From: an uncultured delta proteobacterium
GTDB taxonomy: Bacteria > Desulfobacterota > Binatia > Binatales > Binataceae
DNA length: 64,000 bases
Reading direction: 5' to 3'
Assembly (NCBI GenBank): GCA_963724765.1
Contig: CAVRVY010000004.1
Location: 1,504,001 to 1,568,000 of the forward strand
The notes beneath the pieces were generated by a model, which saw only the letters and a program-made list of their open reading frames with translations, searched no databases and was not told the origin of the DNA. This document shows, piece by piece, positions 1 through 10,820 of the stretch. The stretch's first letter is position 1. Each line of letters starts with the position of its first letter. Position numbers and translations under genes: made by a program.

Positions 1-2192
1 CAGCAGCTCGTTGCCGGAAGAGTGAATAGTCTTGGCAAACCCGGTTTGCTTGGGGTTAAGATTTCCTTCGGTGTTTTTGCAGAGCTGATCGGAAAGTATC
101 AACAGACTGTTCAATGGCGTGCGCAACTCGTGCGACATATTGGCTAGAAACTCGGACTTGTATTTGGACGTGAGCGCGAGCTGTTCGGCCTTTTCCTCGA
201 GCGCCTGACGTGCCTGCTCCACCTCCTGGTTCTTGCGCTCGACTTCCTCGTTCTGATGCACCAGAAGCCGGGCCTTTTCCTGAAGTTCCTGGTTCGTCTG
301 CTGTAATTCCTGTTGGCGGCTCTGCAGCTCCTGAGCGAGCGACTATGATTGCTTGAGCAAGTCCTCGGTCCGCATGTTCGCTTCGATGGTGTTGATGACG
401 ATTCCAATACTCTCAGTTAACTGATCGAGGAACGCCTGGTGGCTCGAGTTGAAGCCTTCCAACGAGGCTAATTCCAGAATTCCCCTCACCTGGCCTTCGA
501 ATGTGACCGGCAAAATCAAGATACTTTGTGGGAGCGAATCGCCGAGCCCAGAGGAAATCCGCACGTGATCATCCGGCACGTTGGATAGCACAATCTTGTC
601 TTTTTCCAAGGCGCACTGGCCGATGAGCCCTTCGCCCAATTCAATATTTTTTCGAGTCCGATTCTGGCCCTGCGCCGCGTAACTGGCCAACAGGGTTAGC
701 CGCTGAGACCTCCTTCATCGAGTCGAGCACGTAAAAGACCGCGTGCTGGGCTCTCACAACCGGAGCGAGTTCAGAGAGAATGAGGCGCCCGACCGTGTTG
801 AGATCCTTTTGTCCCTGGAGCATGCGGCTGAATTTGGCGAGATTGGTTTTCAGCCAGTCCTGCTCAGTGTTCTTTTGGGTGGTGTCCCGGAGGTTGCGGA
901 TCATCTCGTTAATCGTATCTTTCAGCGCCGCCACCTCACCCTGAGCTTCGACCGTAATCGACCGCGTCAAGTCGCCCTGCGTGACTGCGGTCGCGACCTC
1001 CGCGATAGCGCGAACCTGAGTAGTCAGATTGGCGGCGAGTTGGTTAACGTTTTCGGTTAACCCTTTCCAGGTACCCGCCGCACCCGGCACTTTGGCCTGC
1101 CCACCTAGCTTGCCTTCAACGCCAACTTCGCGCGCGACCGTGGTGACTTGGTCCGCGAAGGTAGCCAGGGTGTCGATCATGCTATTGATCGTGTCGGAGA
1201 GCGCCGCTATCTCGCCCATCGCCTCCACGTTCAGCTTCCGTTTGAGATCGCCGTTAGCGACAGCGGTGACCACTTTTGCAATGCCCCGAACCTGACTGGT
1301 AAGGATGCCCGCCATGAAGTTGACGCTGTCGGTCAAATCTTTCCAGGTGCCGGCAACCCCCTGAACCCGCGCCTGGCCGCCGAGGATACCTTCGGTGCCG
1401 ACCTCGCGCGCCACCCGGGTAACTTCGGAGGCGAACGACCCAAGCTGATCGACCATCGTATTGATGGTGTTCTTCAGCTCCAGGATCTCGCCCTTCACGT
1501 CGACCGTAATCTTCTTCGACAGATCGCCGCTGGCCACCGCCGTCGTTACGTCGGCGATGTTGCGCACCTGGGCGGTCAAGTTTCCCGCCATCGAATTGAC
1601 GCTGTCAGTTAGATCCTTCCAAGTCCCGGCGACGCCTTTGACTTTGGCCTGGCCGCCGAGCTTGCCCTGGTGCCGACCTCGCGCGCGACGCGCGTGACCT
1701 CTGAGGCGAAAGAGCCGAGTTGATTGACCATCTTGTTGACGGTCCTTGCGGTGCGCAGGAGCTCGCCTTGTAGTGGCCGGTCATCGATCTCGAGTGCCAT
1801 CGTTTGCCCGAGATCGCCTTGAGCCACAGCGCCAATCACCCGGGCCGTCTCGGTGGTGGGATGCACCAAATCGTCAATAAGACCGTTGACGCACTCAATC
1901 GAATCCCGCCAGAAACCGCTTACGTAGCCCACTGATGCGCGTTTGTTGAGCTTGCCTTCCCGGCCTACTACCCGGCTAAGGCGCTCCAGTTCTCCGGTCA
2001 TCCTTTCGTTCTGCTCAACTACGTCGTTGAACGTCTCCGCTATTTTGCCGAACATGCCTGTCCATTCCGGCGGCAAGCGCACCGAGGCATTACCAGTTGC
2101 AGATCGGTCAGCGCACTCAAGATTGCCGTCAGCTCATTGCGACCGGCAGGCTCTTCCCTCTCTACCCTTGACGTAACCGTCTCTTCCAGCAT
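1..2192 (-). pseudogene. Poly-HAMP/GAF hybrid sensor histidine kinase, disrupted (runs off left edge)
   Basis: Repeated HAMP units ([26 protein letters not shown]) in ORFs 1609-2082 and 641-1591, GAF segment in 343-690. Reading through the in-frame TAG at 343-345 gives a coiled coil and the HisKA H-box [15 protein letters not shown]. Probable ATG at 2192 after GGAGA. Frameshifts near 2097, 1668 and 705 plus the nonsense codon. Confidence 0.9.
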
Positions 2193-2506
2193 CTGAATCT
2201 CCTGATATGCCAACTGATGCGTCTTGCGCGGGTTTGGACAACGTTACAAAGATCTCCAGATCGAAACTCCTCAAAACAAACCCATACTGTCGGGGTGGCT
2301 GGGCGAGGAGCCAGTGACTCGGAATATTGCGTCGAGCCAAGCCGAAATTGAGAAGGTTTGTACGCATCCTCCCTTCGAGGAATTGCATTCAGGCTCGACG
2401 AACTGGCGCGCCATTCAGTCAGAGGCGCGAGGCAATTCGGATTTTGAGCCACGGGACGCAAGGCAACGAACAGGCCAGTTTCAAAAGGTCATAAAGGTCC
2501 TGATAG

Positions 2507-2540
2507 CTCCTAATATCATCTAATAAGATGATATTAGGAG
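2507..2540. repeat. Perfect AT-rich palindrome, 15-bp arms with 4-bp spacer
   Basis: CTCCTAATATCATCT-AATA-AGATGATATTAGGAG read directly from the sequence. Confidence 0.95.
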
Positions 2541-2935
2541 AAAGCTTACAACCATGTTTTGCACCCTTTACAAATGCCACCAAGATTTCCACGGTCTAAG
2601 CGAAGGCTCGTGGAGTTCGTGATCGCTCCCGGCATGCGAGCACGCGGCGGCTGCTGTTCAACCAGCTAATGATCAGGCGCCGGTCGTTCTTGGTGATTCA
2701 GTGATTCCCGGCTTGATTCGGTGTTCCGCCGACACTTCTATGAAGATTTCCCTGGCGGAATTATTGGCGACGATGCTCTCGCAGGTGCTGCCGCTATGGC
2801 CGAAGCCCACGAAGGTTCCATGGAATAAAAAAGGTCCCGCGTCGCGACGCTTGGCCATTCCGACGTAGGCTGGAATTCCAGCGTGGTCCGCGCAGGTGAG
2901 CGAAAGGGCAAGTTGCAATACCGAATATCAGGGCC

Positions 2936-3166
2936 TCATCTTGAACTTGTGCCGGAGCCGATCCTGACCAAATGGAAGAGCGCACCTTCTTTGCTCATAT
3001 TTTGAGCATTCTGTATTGCTGCTGCCGCGTTTGGCGCAACAAAAGCTTCACCGGTTTCTAAATCAATGGCGACGTACTGGCCGAAAAAGCGCTTTTCGTA
3101 GATGCGCTTGTACTTGGCCTTGTAAATACCGTCGCCTTTTTCTGCGATCTCCCGAGGTAATGGCAT
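2936..3166 (-). CDS. Small hypothetical protein (DUF5678-like)
   Basis: IYxxKYKxxYE...GQYVAIDLETGEAFVA...AIQNA pattern resembles DUF5678; likely start MPLPRE at 3166. Confidence 0.55.
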   Translation of the reverse strand: MPLPREIAEKGDGIYKAKYKRIYEKRFFGQYVAIDLETGEAFVAPNAAAAIQNAQNMSKEGALFHLVRIGSGTSSR

Positions 3167-3458
3167 GACGCATCGTAGCATTTGTTCGTTGCGTTAACCC
3201 ACATCGCCGGCTGTACCGATCGAACTAAAGATCGCGCCGGCCGCCGAAAGGCTGGCAGGTGTAAATTGGTCGCGATGCTGCCCGACGAGCCTACCAACCC
3301 GATCCGCCGGCAGTGTTGAGGTCATGCTCGAGGCGGTACGGGTGAGAGCGCCAGAGAGAAAATCCCTCACTGAAGCAGCCGGATAGACCGGTTGCACCGG
3401 AGTAAAAATCCGGCAGCAATAGCCCATTTGCCGTGGAACGGCAGAGGTGGGCGGAGGG

Positions 3459-4958
3459 ATGAAGCGGGTGGAACTATACGCGCAGGTTCGACGAGCGGTT
3501 TACGTGGAGGGGCTGAGTCGGCGGGAAGCAGCACGGCGCTTTGGGATCGACCCGCGGACGGTGGCGAAGATGCTGGCGTTCTCGGTGCCGCCTGGTTATC
3601 GACGGAGCCGGCCGCCGGCGCGGCCCAAGCTGGATCCGTTTGTCGGGATTATCGACCGGATCTTGGAAGAAGATAAGTTACGCCCAGCCAAGCAGCAGCA
3701 CACGGCGAAACGGATTTTCGAGCGGCTGCGCGATGAGCATGGGTATGACGGCGGGATCTCGATCGTAAGGGCTTACGTACACGAGCATCGCCAGCGGCTG
3801 CGCGAGATGTTCGTGCCACTGCACCATGATCCTGGACACGCGCAAGTCGACTTCGGTGAAGCGCTCGCGGTAATCGCAGGTGAGGAGTGCAAGATCCACT
3901 TCTTCGCGATGGACTTGCCGCACAGCGATGCTTGTTTGGTGCAGGCCTATCCGGCGGAGAGCACCGAGGCCTTCTGCGAAGGTCACAACGTCAGCTTCGA
4001 GTTCTTTGGCGGAGTGCCGCGTTCGATCCTCTACGACAACACCAAGCTGGCGGTGGCGCGCATACTCGGAGATGGCACCCGTAAGCGCACCAAGGTCTTC
4101 AGTGAGCTGCAGTCCCACTCTCTGTTCGCCGATCGCTTCGGGCGGCCGGGCAAGGGTAACGATAAGGGCAAGGTCGAGGGGTTGGTCGGCTATGCGCGGC
4201 GCAACTTCATGGTGCCGATCCCGCGCGCACTCAGCTTCGCTGAGCTAAATGAGCAGTTGCTGGAGTGCTGCCGCCGTCGTTTGAAGGATCGGCTACGTGG
4301 TCATGATGACACCATCGGCGAGCGGCTGGTGAAGGACCGTGAGGCTCTCCTGCCGCTGCCGCCCGCACCCTATGATGCGTGCGAAAAGAGGCCCGCCTGG
4401 GTCAGCTCGTTGTCGCTGGTGCGCTACCGCGGCAACAACTACTCAGTGCCAAGCGCATACGGTCACCGCGAGGTGCTGGTCCGAGGTTACGTCCACGAAG
4501 TTGTGATCGCCTGTGCAACCGAGGAGATCGCCCGGCACGCTCGTTCCTACGAGCGCGAGGACTTCGTGTTCAACCCACTGCACTACCTGGCCCTGCTGGA
4601 GCGGAAGATCGGCGCGCTGGACCAGGCCGCGCCGCTGGTCGGCTGGGAACTACCTGAAGAGTTCGCAACGCTGCGCCGGCTGCTCGAAGCGCGCCTGCGC
4701 AAGCCCGGTAAGCGGGAGTTCGTTCAGGTCCTGCGCTTGCTCGAGGTGTTCGGTCTCGAAGACGTGGTCGCAGGAGTTCGAGAAGCGATCGATCGCGGAG
4801 TGATTAGCTTCGACGCGGTCAAGCATCTCGTGCTGTGCCGCATCGAACGGCGCCCACCGCGACTCGACCTGAAGATCTATCCCTATCTGCCACAGGCGAC
4901 TGTGAGCACCACCTCGGCCCGATCCTACCTGAGCCTGATGGCGGGAGCAGGTTCATGA
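3459..4958 (+). CDS. istA: IS21 transposase IstA
   Basis: N-terminal HTH and DDE residues in AQVDFGE, ILYDNTK and KGKVEGLV; ATG at 3459 after GGAGG. Confidence 0.95.
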   Translation: MKRVELYAQVRRAVYVEGLSRREAARRFGIDPRTVAKMLAFSVPPGYRRSRPPARPKLDPFVGIIDRILEEDKLRPAKQQHTAKRIFERLRDEHGYDGGISIVRAYVHEHRQRLREMFVPLHHDPGHAQVDFGEALAVIAGEECKIHFFAMDLPHSDACLVQAYPAESTEAFCEGHNVSFEFFGGVPRSILYDNTKLAVARILGDGTRKRTKVFSELQSHSLFADRFGRPGKGNDKGKVEGLVGYARRNFMVPIPRALSFAELNEQLLECCRRRLKDRLRGHDDTIGERLVKDREALLPLPPAPYDACEKRPAWVSSLSLVRYRGNNYSVPSAYGHREVLVRGYVHEVVIACATEEIARHARSYEREDFVFNPLHYLALLERKIGALDQAAPLVGWELPEEFATLRRLLEARLRKPGKREFVQVLRLLEVFGLEDVVAGVREAIDRGVISFDAVKHLVLCRIERRPPRLDLKIYPYLPQATVSTTSARSYLSLMAGAGS

Positions 4959-5731
4959 GCGATACGCCCCAGGTTCTGCTCACCCATTACTTGAAAACAC
5001 TCAGATTGCCCACCTTTTTGCGCGAGTATGACAAGTTGGCGCGCCAATGCGCCGGCGAGGATGTCGACTATCCTCGCTACCTGTTGCGCCTGGCCGAGCT
5101 GGAGATGATCGAACGGGAACGCCGGACCATCGAGCGGCGAATCAAGGAAGCCAGGTTCCCGGCGGTCAAAAGTCTCGATAGCTTCGAATTCGCAGCGCTC
5201 CCCTCGCTCAACAAGACGCTAGTGCTGGAACTGGCCCGCTCGGAGTATATCGCGCGCCGCGAGAACATCATCGCGGTCGGCAACAGTGGCACCGGCAAGA
5301 CTCATGTGGCTCTCGGGCTAGGTCTGGCCGCCTGCCAGAAGGGTCTCGCGGTCGGCTTCACCACCGCTGCCGCTTTGGTCAACGAGCTGCATGAAGCGCA
5401 TGATGAGAAGCGTCTGCTGCGCCTCCAACGTCAACTCGCCGGCTACAAGCTTCTGATCGTGGATGAACTCGGCTACGTCCCGCTCTCCCCAACTGGTGCA
5501 GAGTTACTGTTCGAAGTCTTCAGCCAGCGCTACGAGCGCGGCTCGATCATCGTTACCAGCAATCTGCCGTTCGATGAGTGGACCAGCGTGTTCGGCTCCG
5601 AGCGCTTAACCGGCGCACTGCTTGATCGTCTTACCCACCACGTTCACATCCTCGAGATGAACGGTGACAGCTTCAGGCTCAAACACAGCAAGCGCCGCAT
5701 CAGTGACGATCAACCGCGAGAATCCGGCTAA
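4955..5731 (+). CDS. istB: IS21 helper ATPase IstB
   Basis: ATGA overlap with istA; Walker A GNSGTGKT, Walker B LLIVDELG, TSN and LDRLTHH motifs. Confidence 0.95.
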   Translation: MSDTPQVLLTHYLKTLRLPTFLREYDKLARQCAGEDVDYPRYLLRLAELEMIERERRTIERRIKEARFPAVKSLDSFEFAALPSLNKTLVLELARSEYIARRENIIAVGNSGTGKTHVALGLGLAACQKGLAVGFTTAAALVNELHEAHDEKRLLRLQRQLAGYKLLIVDELGYVPLSPTGAELLFEVFSQRYERGSIIVTSNLPFDEWTSVFGSERLTGALLDRLTHHVHILEMNGDSFRLKHSKRRISDDQPRESG

Positions 5732-5959
5732 CACCACTAACTCCAACCCACAAAGCTAGATCTTTTCGACACAGTAGCGAGGGGGTGATCCCCCTCGCGC
5801 TCCCCCTGCCAGACGTCAACCTACCTGCCATCGGCTTATCCAAATGATGGACTTTTGCTCTGGCGCGCTGATGTACTTTCACTCCGGTGTTGACATACGG
5901 GTGAAGTACTCGTCGATACGAAGCCCGGTCAGCAGGTTCGCGGTCACGCTGGCCGGCGG

Positions 5960-6422
5960 AGTGCCCGATGCGCGGCGATCGATCCCAGGTTGGCGATTCC
6001 GCCTGATTACTCGCTGGTCGGAGCGCGTACCGTTCTGTATGACGGCTACCGGAGTTGCAGGATTTAGGCCGTTTTCGATGAGGCGCTGAGCGATCAGTGC
6101 AGCCGTTGCGATACCATATAGACAACCAAGGTTTGCCGTGCGCGTGTCAGCGAAGCCCAGTCGGGGTCCGGCTCTCCGTTCTTCGAATGCCCGGTAATGA
6201 AGGTTACGGCGCTCGCGTTGCCACGGTCAGTGAGGGAGATTCCGGCGGAAGCCGAGCAGGCCACTGCGGCAGTGATGCCGGGTAACACCTCGACGCGGAT
6301 ACCGCGGGCGCGCAGATAGCTCAGTTCTTCATTACGTCGGCGTATTGCATCACGCGAAGCGCTCGCAACGTCAGTAAATCAGGGTCCCCCGGTCCTGCAC
6401 CCACCAGATATACCGCACCTTC
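5960..6422 (-). pseudogene. cobA: Uroporphyrinogen-III C-methyltransferase (cobA/cysG) remnant
   Basis: [27 protein letters not shown] jumps directly to EELSYL...VLPGITAA...VTFITGH...LVVYM...PVAVIQNGT. The KGGDP-containing segment is deleted and there are frameshifts. Confidence 0.85.
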
Positions 6423-6602
6423 GGTCCCGACCGACAATCGCAGGCATGATGAAGGTGGACAGCTCCAGTCTTAGATAGTTTCGAAGACGACGAAAGAGCT
6501 CGAATCGCCGATGCTAGTGTTCTGTCTCATAAATAGCCAGTAACATCGAGCATCTGCTAAATGTTTCCCATCAGCACAAGTTGGACAGGATGGAGTGAGG
6601 AA

Positions 6603-7826
6603 TCAGACGCTGACAGTGGTCCCACGATAGTAATGCTGCAAGATTTCTGTGTAAGTATTGCCCTCATTTGCCATGACTGCCGCGCCGATCTGGCATAGGC
6701 CGACACCATGTCCCCAGCCGGCCCCTCTCAAGACAAAGCGGCCAGACTCTTTGTCTACGACGAATGCAGAGCTGTAAAGATGCGTGCGCGATAAAGCGCG
6801 GCGAATTTCCAGTTCTTTACCGATGATCACGTGATCGCGTTCCCCGGTGATCTTCAGCCGATATATTCGGCCTGAAGGTCCGCGAGCGAGGGCCTGCACG
6901 TCGCGAATCGGACCAAGGCCCACGGCAAGCCTGGATCTGATCAGATCGGCGAGTTCTTCGGGCGTGTACTCGACCCGCCAGCGATAGAAATCACGGGTCT
7001 CCTGATCGAATCCTGGGAGAACACGTGAAAGGAGCTCCGAATCGTGGGTATTGCAGTAAGCGGGCGGGTTTGAGCGCATCCATATCTCAGGACTGTAAGA
7101 GCAGGATTGCGCCGGACCGTCGTAGACAGACTCTAGATAGGGAATATCTTCATCTTCCCAGGCGGTCGCATAACGCTCGGTTATTCCGCCGCAGGACTTG
7201 GAAAACCGTGCATCGCAGATAGCGCCGTTGTAACGGAGAAACTCGCCGGCTGTCGCGCGAACCGCTTCGGCTGCAGCCGGAGAGAACGCTTTCGTGATAC
7301 CCTGATACCGCTGGCAGTGGTCGTCGGCGCATACATCGAAATCCGGATGAGCTTCGCGGCCGTACCAGCGAAGGATTTCGTGAGAATCGAGACCCTCACT
7401 CTGCCCTCTCCCGGAGCGAGAGGGATGCGCTTTCGGAAACCACAGCCAGCTGCGCGAAATCACCGCGTGAGCTTTCAGCAGTTCAAGAGGACAGGACGCG
7501 CTCATCTCGGATGAAATCACGCTCGTGACGTACTCTTCGAGCGAAACATCATTAATCACCGTCAGACCGGCTTCTCGTTTCACGAGGCGAAAAGCCCCAC
7601 GGAATACCTGGCGCTCCTTGCGTTCCCAGTGAAATCCGATTCCTATCGTGACGTCGTCCAGCGCAAACGCGCACGACGCCAGGTCCGACGGAGTAAGCGT
7701 AACTTCAGAGGTGAATCTATAACGCCCGGGCCTGTATGGGTTGCCGGACGTATCCACAAACATGCCGCCCATCAATTCGACTTCAATGGCGGATTGTTCT
7801 TCAATCAGCCCTACAGATAGGTCCAA
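6603..7826 (-). CDS. SpoIID/LytB-domain protein (lytic transglycosylase-like)
   Basis: LEEYVTSVISSEM, LLKAHAVISRS, CADDHCQRYQG, GWGHGVGLCQIGA and ILQHYY motifs. Confidence 0.92.
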   Translation of the reverse strand: MDLSVGLIEEQSAIEVELMGGMFVDTSGNPYRPGRYRFTSEVTLTPSDLASCAFALDDVTIGIGFHWERKERQVFRGAFRLVKREAGLTVINDVSLEEYVTSVISSEMSASCPLELLKAHAVISRSWLWFPKAHPSRSGRGQSEGLDSHEILRWYGREAHPDFDVCADDHCQRYQGITKAFSPAAAEAVRATAGEFLRYNGAICDARFSKSCGGITERYATAWEDEDIPYLESVYDGPAQSCSYSPEIWMRSNPPAYCNTHDSELLSRVLPGFDQETRDFYRWRVEYTPEELADLIRSRLAVGLGPIRDVQALARGPSGRIYRLKITGERDHVIIGKELEIRRALSRTHLYSSAFVVDKESGRFVLRGAGWGHGVGLCQIGAAVMANEGNTYTEILQHYYRGTTVSV

Positions 7827-8716
7827 CGCTCGCTCTCCAGCTTCTCGGCGACTTCCCGAAACTGACCGTCAGCCAAAGTGACCTCGCGAAAAATTGCGGC
7901 AATCGCGTCACCCGTGATTCTTTCGAAATCGTGCGCCAGCGGCACGACAAATATTCCGCACAAATCAATCGATGCCGGACTCACCGTCAATTCGCCCGTG
8001 TGAAAGACCGCCGGCCGATGTTTTCCTCGCGGGAACAGATACGTGACCCACTCCCCTCTCTCTCGAAAGACCGCAAGGTTAACCAACGGTTCCGCTCGTT
8101 TGCCAGTCGTTTCCACGAGTAGATCGATGGCACGATCCATTCGATCGATCAAAGCAGATCGATCCCGTCCACGAAATAAGAACACATTTCTTCCGTAGTT
8201 CGGCACGGCAATGCCAGTCAGTCCAGCGGTGTCCTTTTCTATCGGAAGCAATTCGCGCGAGCCTGCCTGAAAGTGCATGTGGTCTGGTGCGGACGCTCCG
8301 CATTCTGGACCGTTATAGATGACGAAATATCCAGGCAGGGCTGCAGCAAGGTCCAGCATATTTCCGAAGTGGTTCGCGATGCGCTGCAAGCCGTGTTCTC
8401 TGTGAGCGATCGTAAGGTGACGATCCACGATTGGAAACGGATTGCAGTAGATCGTGAAGTCCTCATCAAACTGCACACCCTCCTCCTCCGGAGGTAAATT
8501 TCCCGCACATAGGAAGCAGGGGCGTTTCGCAACCGACTCCCGGTCGACAGACGCCGTTGTACTGCCCATACGATGGGGGATGTGACGGATGAAGATGTCG
8601 AACCAATCGATCCGTACCGGCCGTGTCTTCGCCCGCGCCAGGCCTTCAATGCCTTTCGCGAGTTGCGGCCATGCCCGCGCCTGCCGTTTAAACAGTTCTT
8701 CTAGTTCGCGGATCAT
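7811..8716 (-). CDS. DUF4922-domain protein (HIT/GalT-like nucleotide transferase or phosphorylase)
   Basis: RPCFLC, CNPFPI and YNGPECGASAPDHMHFQAG with an HxHxQ motif; overlaps both neighbours. Confidence 0.85.
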   Translation of the reverse strand: MIRELEELFKRQARAWPQLAKGIEGLARAKTRPVRIDWFDIFIRHIPHRMGSTTASVDRESVAKRPCFLCAGNLPPEEEGVQFDEDFTIYCNPFPIVDRHLTIAHREHGLQRIANHFGNMLDLAAALPGYFVIYNGPECGASAPDHMHFQAGSRELLPIEKDTAGLTGIAVPNYGRNVFLFRGRDRSALIDRMDRAIDLLVETTGKRAEPLVNLAVFRERGEWVTYLFPRGKHRPAVFHTGELTVSPASIDLCGIFVVPLAHDFERITGDAIAAIFREVTLADGQFREVAEKLESERWTYL

Positions 8717-9987
8717 CGCCGTATTCGAGCCTGGATCTCGATAGTTCGGAGCCAGTCCTTGTACAGATCGTATCGATTCGCAACCTCGAGCGGCAGGGCG
8801 CTATCGCTATTGCCTTCCCAACGGCGGCAAAGATAAACGGAGTCGTAGATCCGGGCTATCTCATACTCACGGCTAATGCGCAGCGCTACGGCGTAATCCT
8901 CACCATAACTTACATTCGGAAATCCGATACGGCGCAGAACCGACGTATTGAATGCGCGCGGCGCGCCAAGTCCATTGACACGGAGCGCATTGTTTCTTCC
9001 GTTCTCGCGAGTCCACTCGCGATGGTCGATAAGACCGGGCGGAATCTCCTTCAACCCAAAATCGACCATTGTATAGGAACCTATGACCATCGCATAAGGT
9101 CCCGCTTCAAGTTCTGCAACGATCCGGCGAAGGACGCCGTCATTTATGTACAGGTCGTCAGAATCAAGCTGGATAGCGTATTGTCCGCAGTCCCTGGAAT
9201 AAATCGCCTCGTTCCAGCATCCGCCGATTCCCAAGTCCCGGCGCTCGGGAACGACGTGCTTAACACGCGAATCACTGATACCGCGCAGGATTTTCGTCGT
9301 CCGATCCGTCGAATGGTTATCGACGACGATCAAATTGAATTCGAAATCAGCACTCTGGGCGAGGGCGCATTGAACAGCGTCGAGAATTGTCCGCTCGCGA
9401 TTCCGAACTGGTATGACGACGCTGGCTTTTACCGGAAATGTTTCGGCTGCGGCTGGAACTTTCTCGAAGTGCGGCTGCAACCAGGCGCCGATTCGCTTTA
9501 GATGCGCCGTCGCGATGCGCTCCATTTCGATTTGATAATCGCGATTGCGCGGATCCACATAATCGAATTGCTTTTGACCCGTCGGCCGCGCATCAATCAT
9601 CGACGCGCTGTACAACGGTTCGGGAATCCGCACGATGGCGTGCTTTTCCGATATCCTTAACCGCAGGTCGTATAGTCCTCCCCATTTCCACGCGCTGTCG
9701 AGTCCCGACTGACGCGCGGCCTCAACGGACACACCAACTACCGGGCCGAAGTCGAAACCGTCGCGGACGCTCCCGCTTTGATAGTCGATACGAGGATGGC
9801 AGGCCGCGTCGGCATAAACCCAGCCGCCGCCGGCCTCACGTATGACCCGCGCCATTCGATCGAACATGCGCGGTCCGGGCTCGATGTTCACACGCGGATC
9901 CCCGAGAAAGAGGACATCGGCATCGGCGGCCTCGACGAGTCTCTGAATACTCGCGGATGAGTAGTCCTTTGGATAGACTATGTTCAC
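8713..9987 (-). CDS. Glycosyltransferase family 2 protein
   Basis: SVVIPVRNRE, VVDNHSTD, QLDSDD (DxD) and YGEDYA motifs. Confidence 0.9.
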   Translation of the reverse strand: MNIVYPKDYSSASIQRLVEAADADVLFLGDPRVNIEPGPRMFDRMARVIREAGGGWVYADAACHPRIDYQSGSVRDGFDFGPVVGVSVEAARQSGLDSAWKWGGLYDLRLRISEKHAIVRIPEPLYSASMIDARPTGQKQFDYVDPRNRDYQIEMERIATAHLKRIGAWLQPHFEKVPAAAETFPVKASVVIPVRNRERTILDAVQCALAQSADFEFNLIVVDNHSTDRTTKILRGISDSRVKHVVPERRDLGIGGCWNEAIYSRDCGQYAIQLDSDDLYINDGVLRRIVAELEAGPYAMVIGSYTMVDFGLKEIPPGLIDHREWTRENGRNNALRVNGLGAPRAFNTSVLRRIGFPNVSYGEDYAVALRISREYEIARIYDSVYLCRRWEGNSDSALPLEVANRYDLYKDWLRTIEIQARIRR

Positions 9988-10059
9988 ATTCCACCCCGCC
10001 GCTTCGCGCCATCTCTCCTCCGCGAAAAGGGAATTCGCCTCATCGATAAACGTGTCATC

Positions 10060-10791
10060 CTAGTTACTAACCGCAACCCGTTCTGTAGCCTCTTGCGGCC
10101 GCACCACGATGACGCCGGCCATTCGATTTGCTTTGAGAAACTCGCTCAATTCCTGTTCCACGACAAAGCCCCGGCTGCGCGACGCGTGACGCATAAGCAT
10201 GCTTTTGCCATCGTGCACGATGATTCCGGCGTGAAACACATCGAGATTCTTGCGTGTGGACACGAAACAAATCAAATCACCGCTCTGCAAATACGCTGCG
10301 AGCCGCGGCACTGCGGGCTTTGGTACACATTTCACGCGAGTCAGCTGTGCAGCGAGTCCGGGTACGACGTTCAAGACGCGTTCCCTGCTGAGTATCGGGA
10401 CCGCGGGCATTGAAACCGGCCTGATTATCCCTTCGCGTACATTGTTGCGAATCCAGAGCGTCATGTAGTGATTCCGCCGTTCCCATTGAATACGGCCTCG
10501 TTCATATCGAATCTTTCGCAGCCACTCGATAAAGTCATCAACGTTCGAAGCGCGCGCGAGAGCCAAAATTGTTTCAATGTACGTGACACAGTCGAATCCA
10601 TCGAGGGAAGCCGTGAACACTTCGGCTGTGTCGGCCGATCCAATCAGCGGATTTGGTTTGTAGGGATGTCCAAGGAAGTGGCGGGAGAGAACGTCAATTC
10701 GGCTACCGGCGGAACGCTCATACTTCGTTTCCGATAGAAGCTGCTCCACGTGGCGCCGGCTGAGATCTCGTGGTCGGGGATGCTTCATCAA
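10060..10791 (-). CDS. DUF1460 N-acetylmuramoyl-L-alanine amidase-like protein (NlpC/P60 clan)
   Basis: FLGHPY, FDCVTYIE (catalytic Cys), RRNHY, LDVFHAG and HASRS motifs. Confidence 0.85.
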   Translation of the reverse strand: MMKHPRPRDLSRRHVEQLLSETKYERSAGSRIDVLSRHFLGHPYKPNPLIGSADTAEVFTASLDGFDCVTYIETILALARASNVDDFIEWLRKIRYERGRIQWERRNHYMTLWIRNNVREGIIRPVSMPAVPILSRERVLNVVPGLAAQLTRVKCVPKPAVPRLAAYLQSGDLICFVSTRKNLDVFHAGIIVHDGKSMLMRHASRSRGFVVEQELSEFLKANRMAGVIVVRPQEATERVAVSN

Positions 10792-10820
10792 AATTTCATT
10801 TTAGCACGCACTTTCGAAAT

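Larger units (their letters stand above)
3343..5895 (+). mobile_element. IS21-family insertion sequence (2553 bp)
   Basis: TG...CA ends. Left end TGAGAGCGCCAGAGAGAAAATCCCTCA versus right end (reverse complement) TGTCAACACCGGAGTGAAAGTACATCA, with internal repeat copies near 3395 and ~5845-5866. Direct repeat TACGGG at 3337-3342 and 5896-5901. Contains istA-istB. Confidence 0.93.

Noticed and set aside
343-345. In-frame TAG as pyrrolysine or programmed read-through
   Set aside because: The same gene has three separate frameshifts and there are no pyl genes in the window; a CAG-to-TAG mutation is simpler.
641-2082. Long DNA-level repeats in the kinase region
   Set aside because: Explained by tandem HAMP domains.
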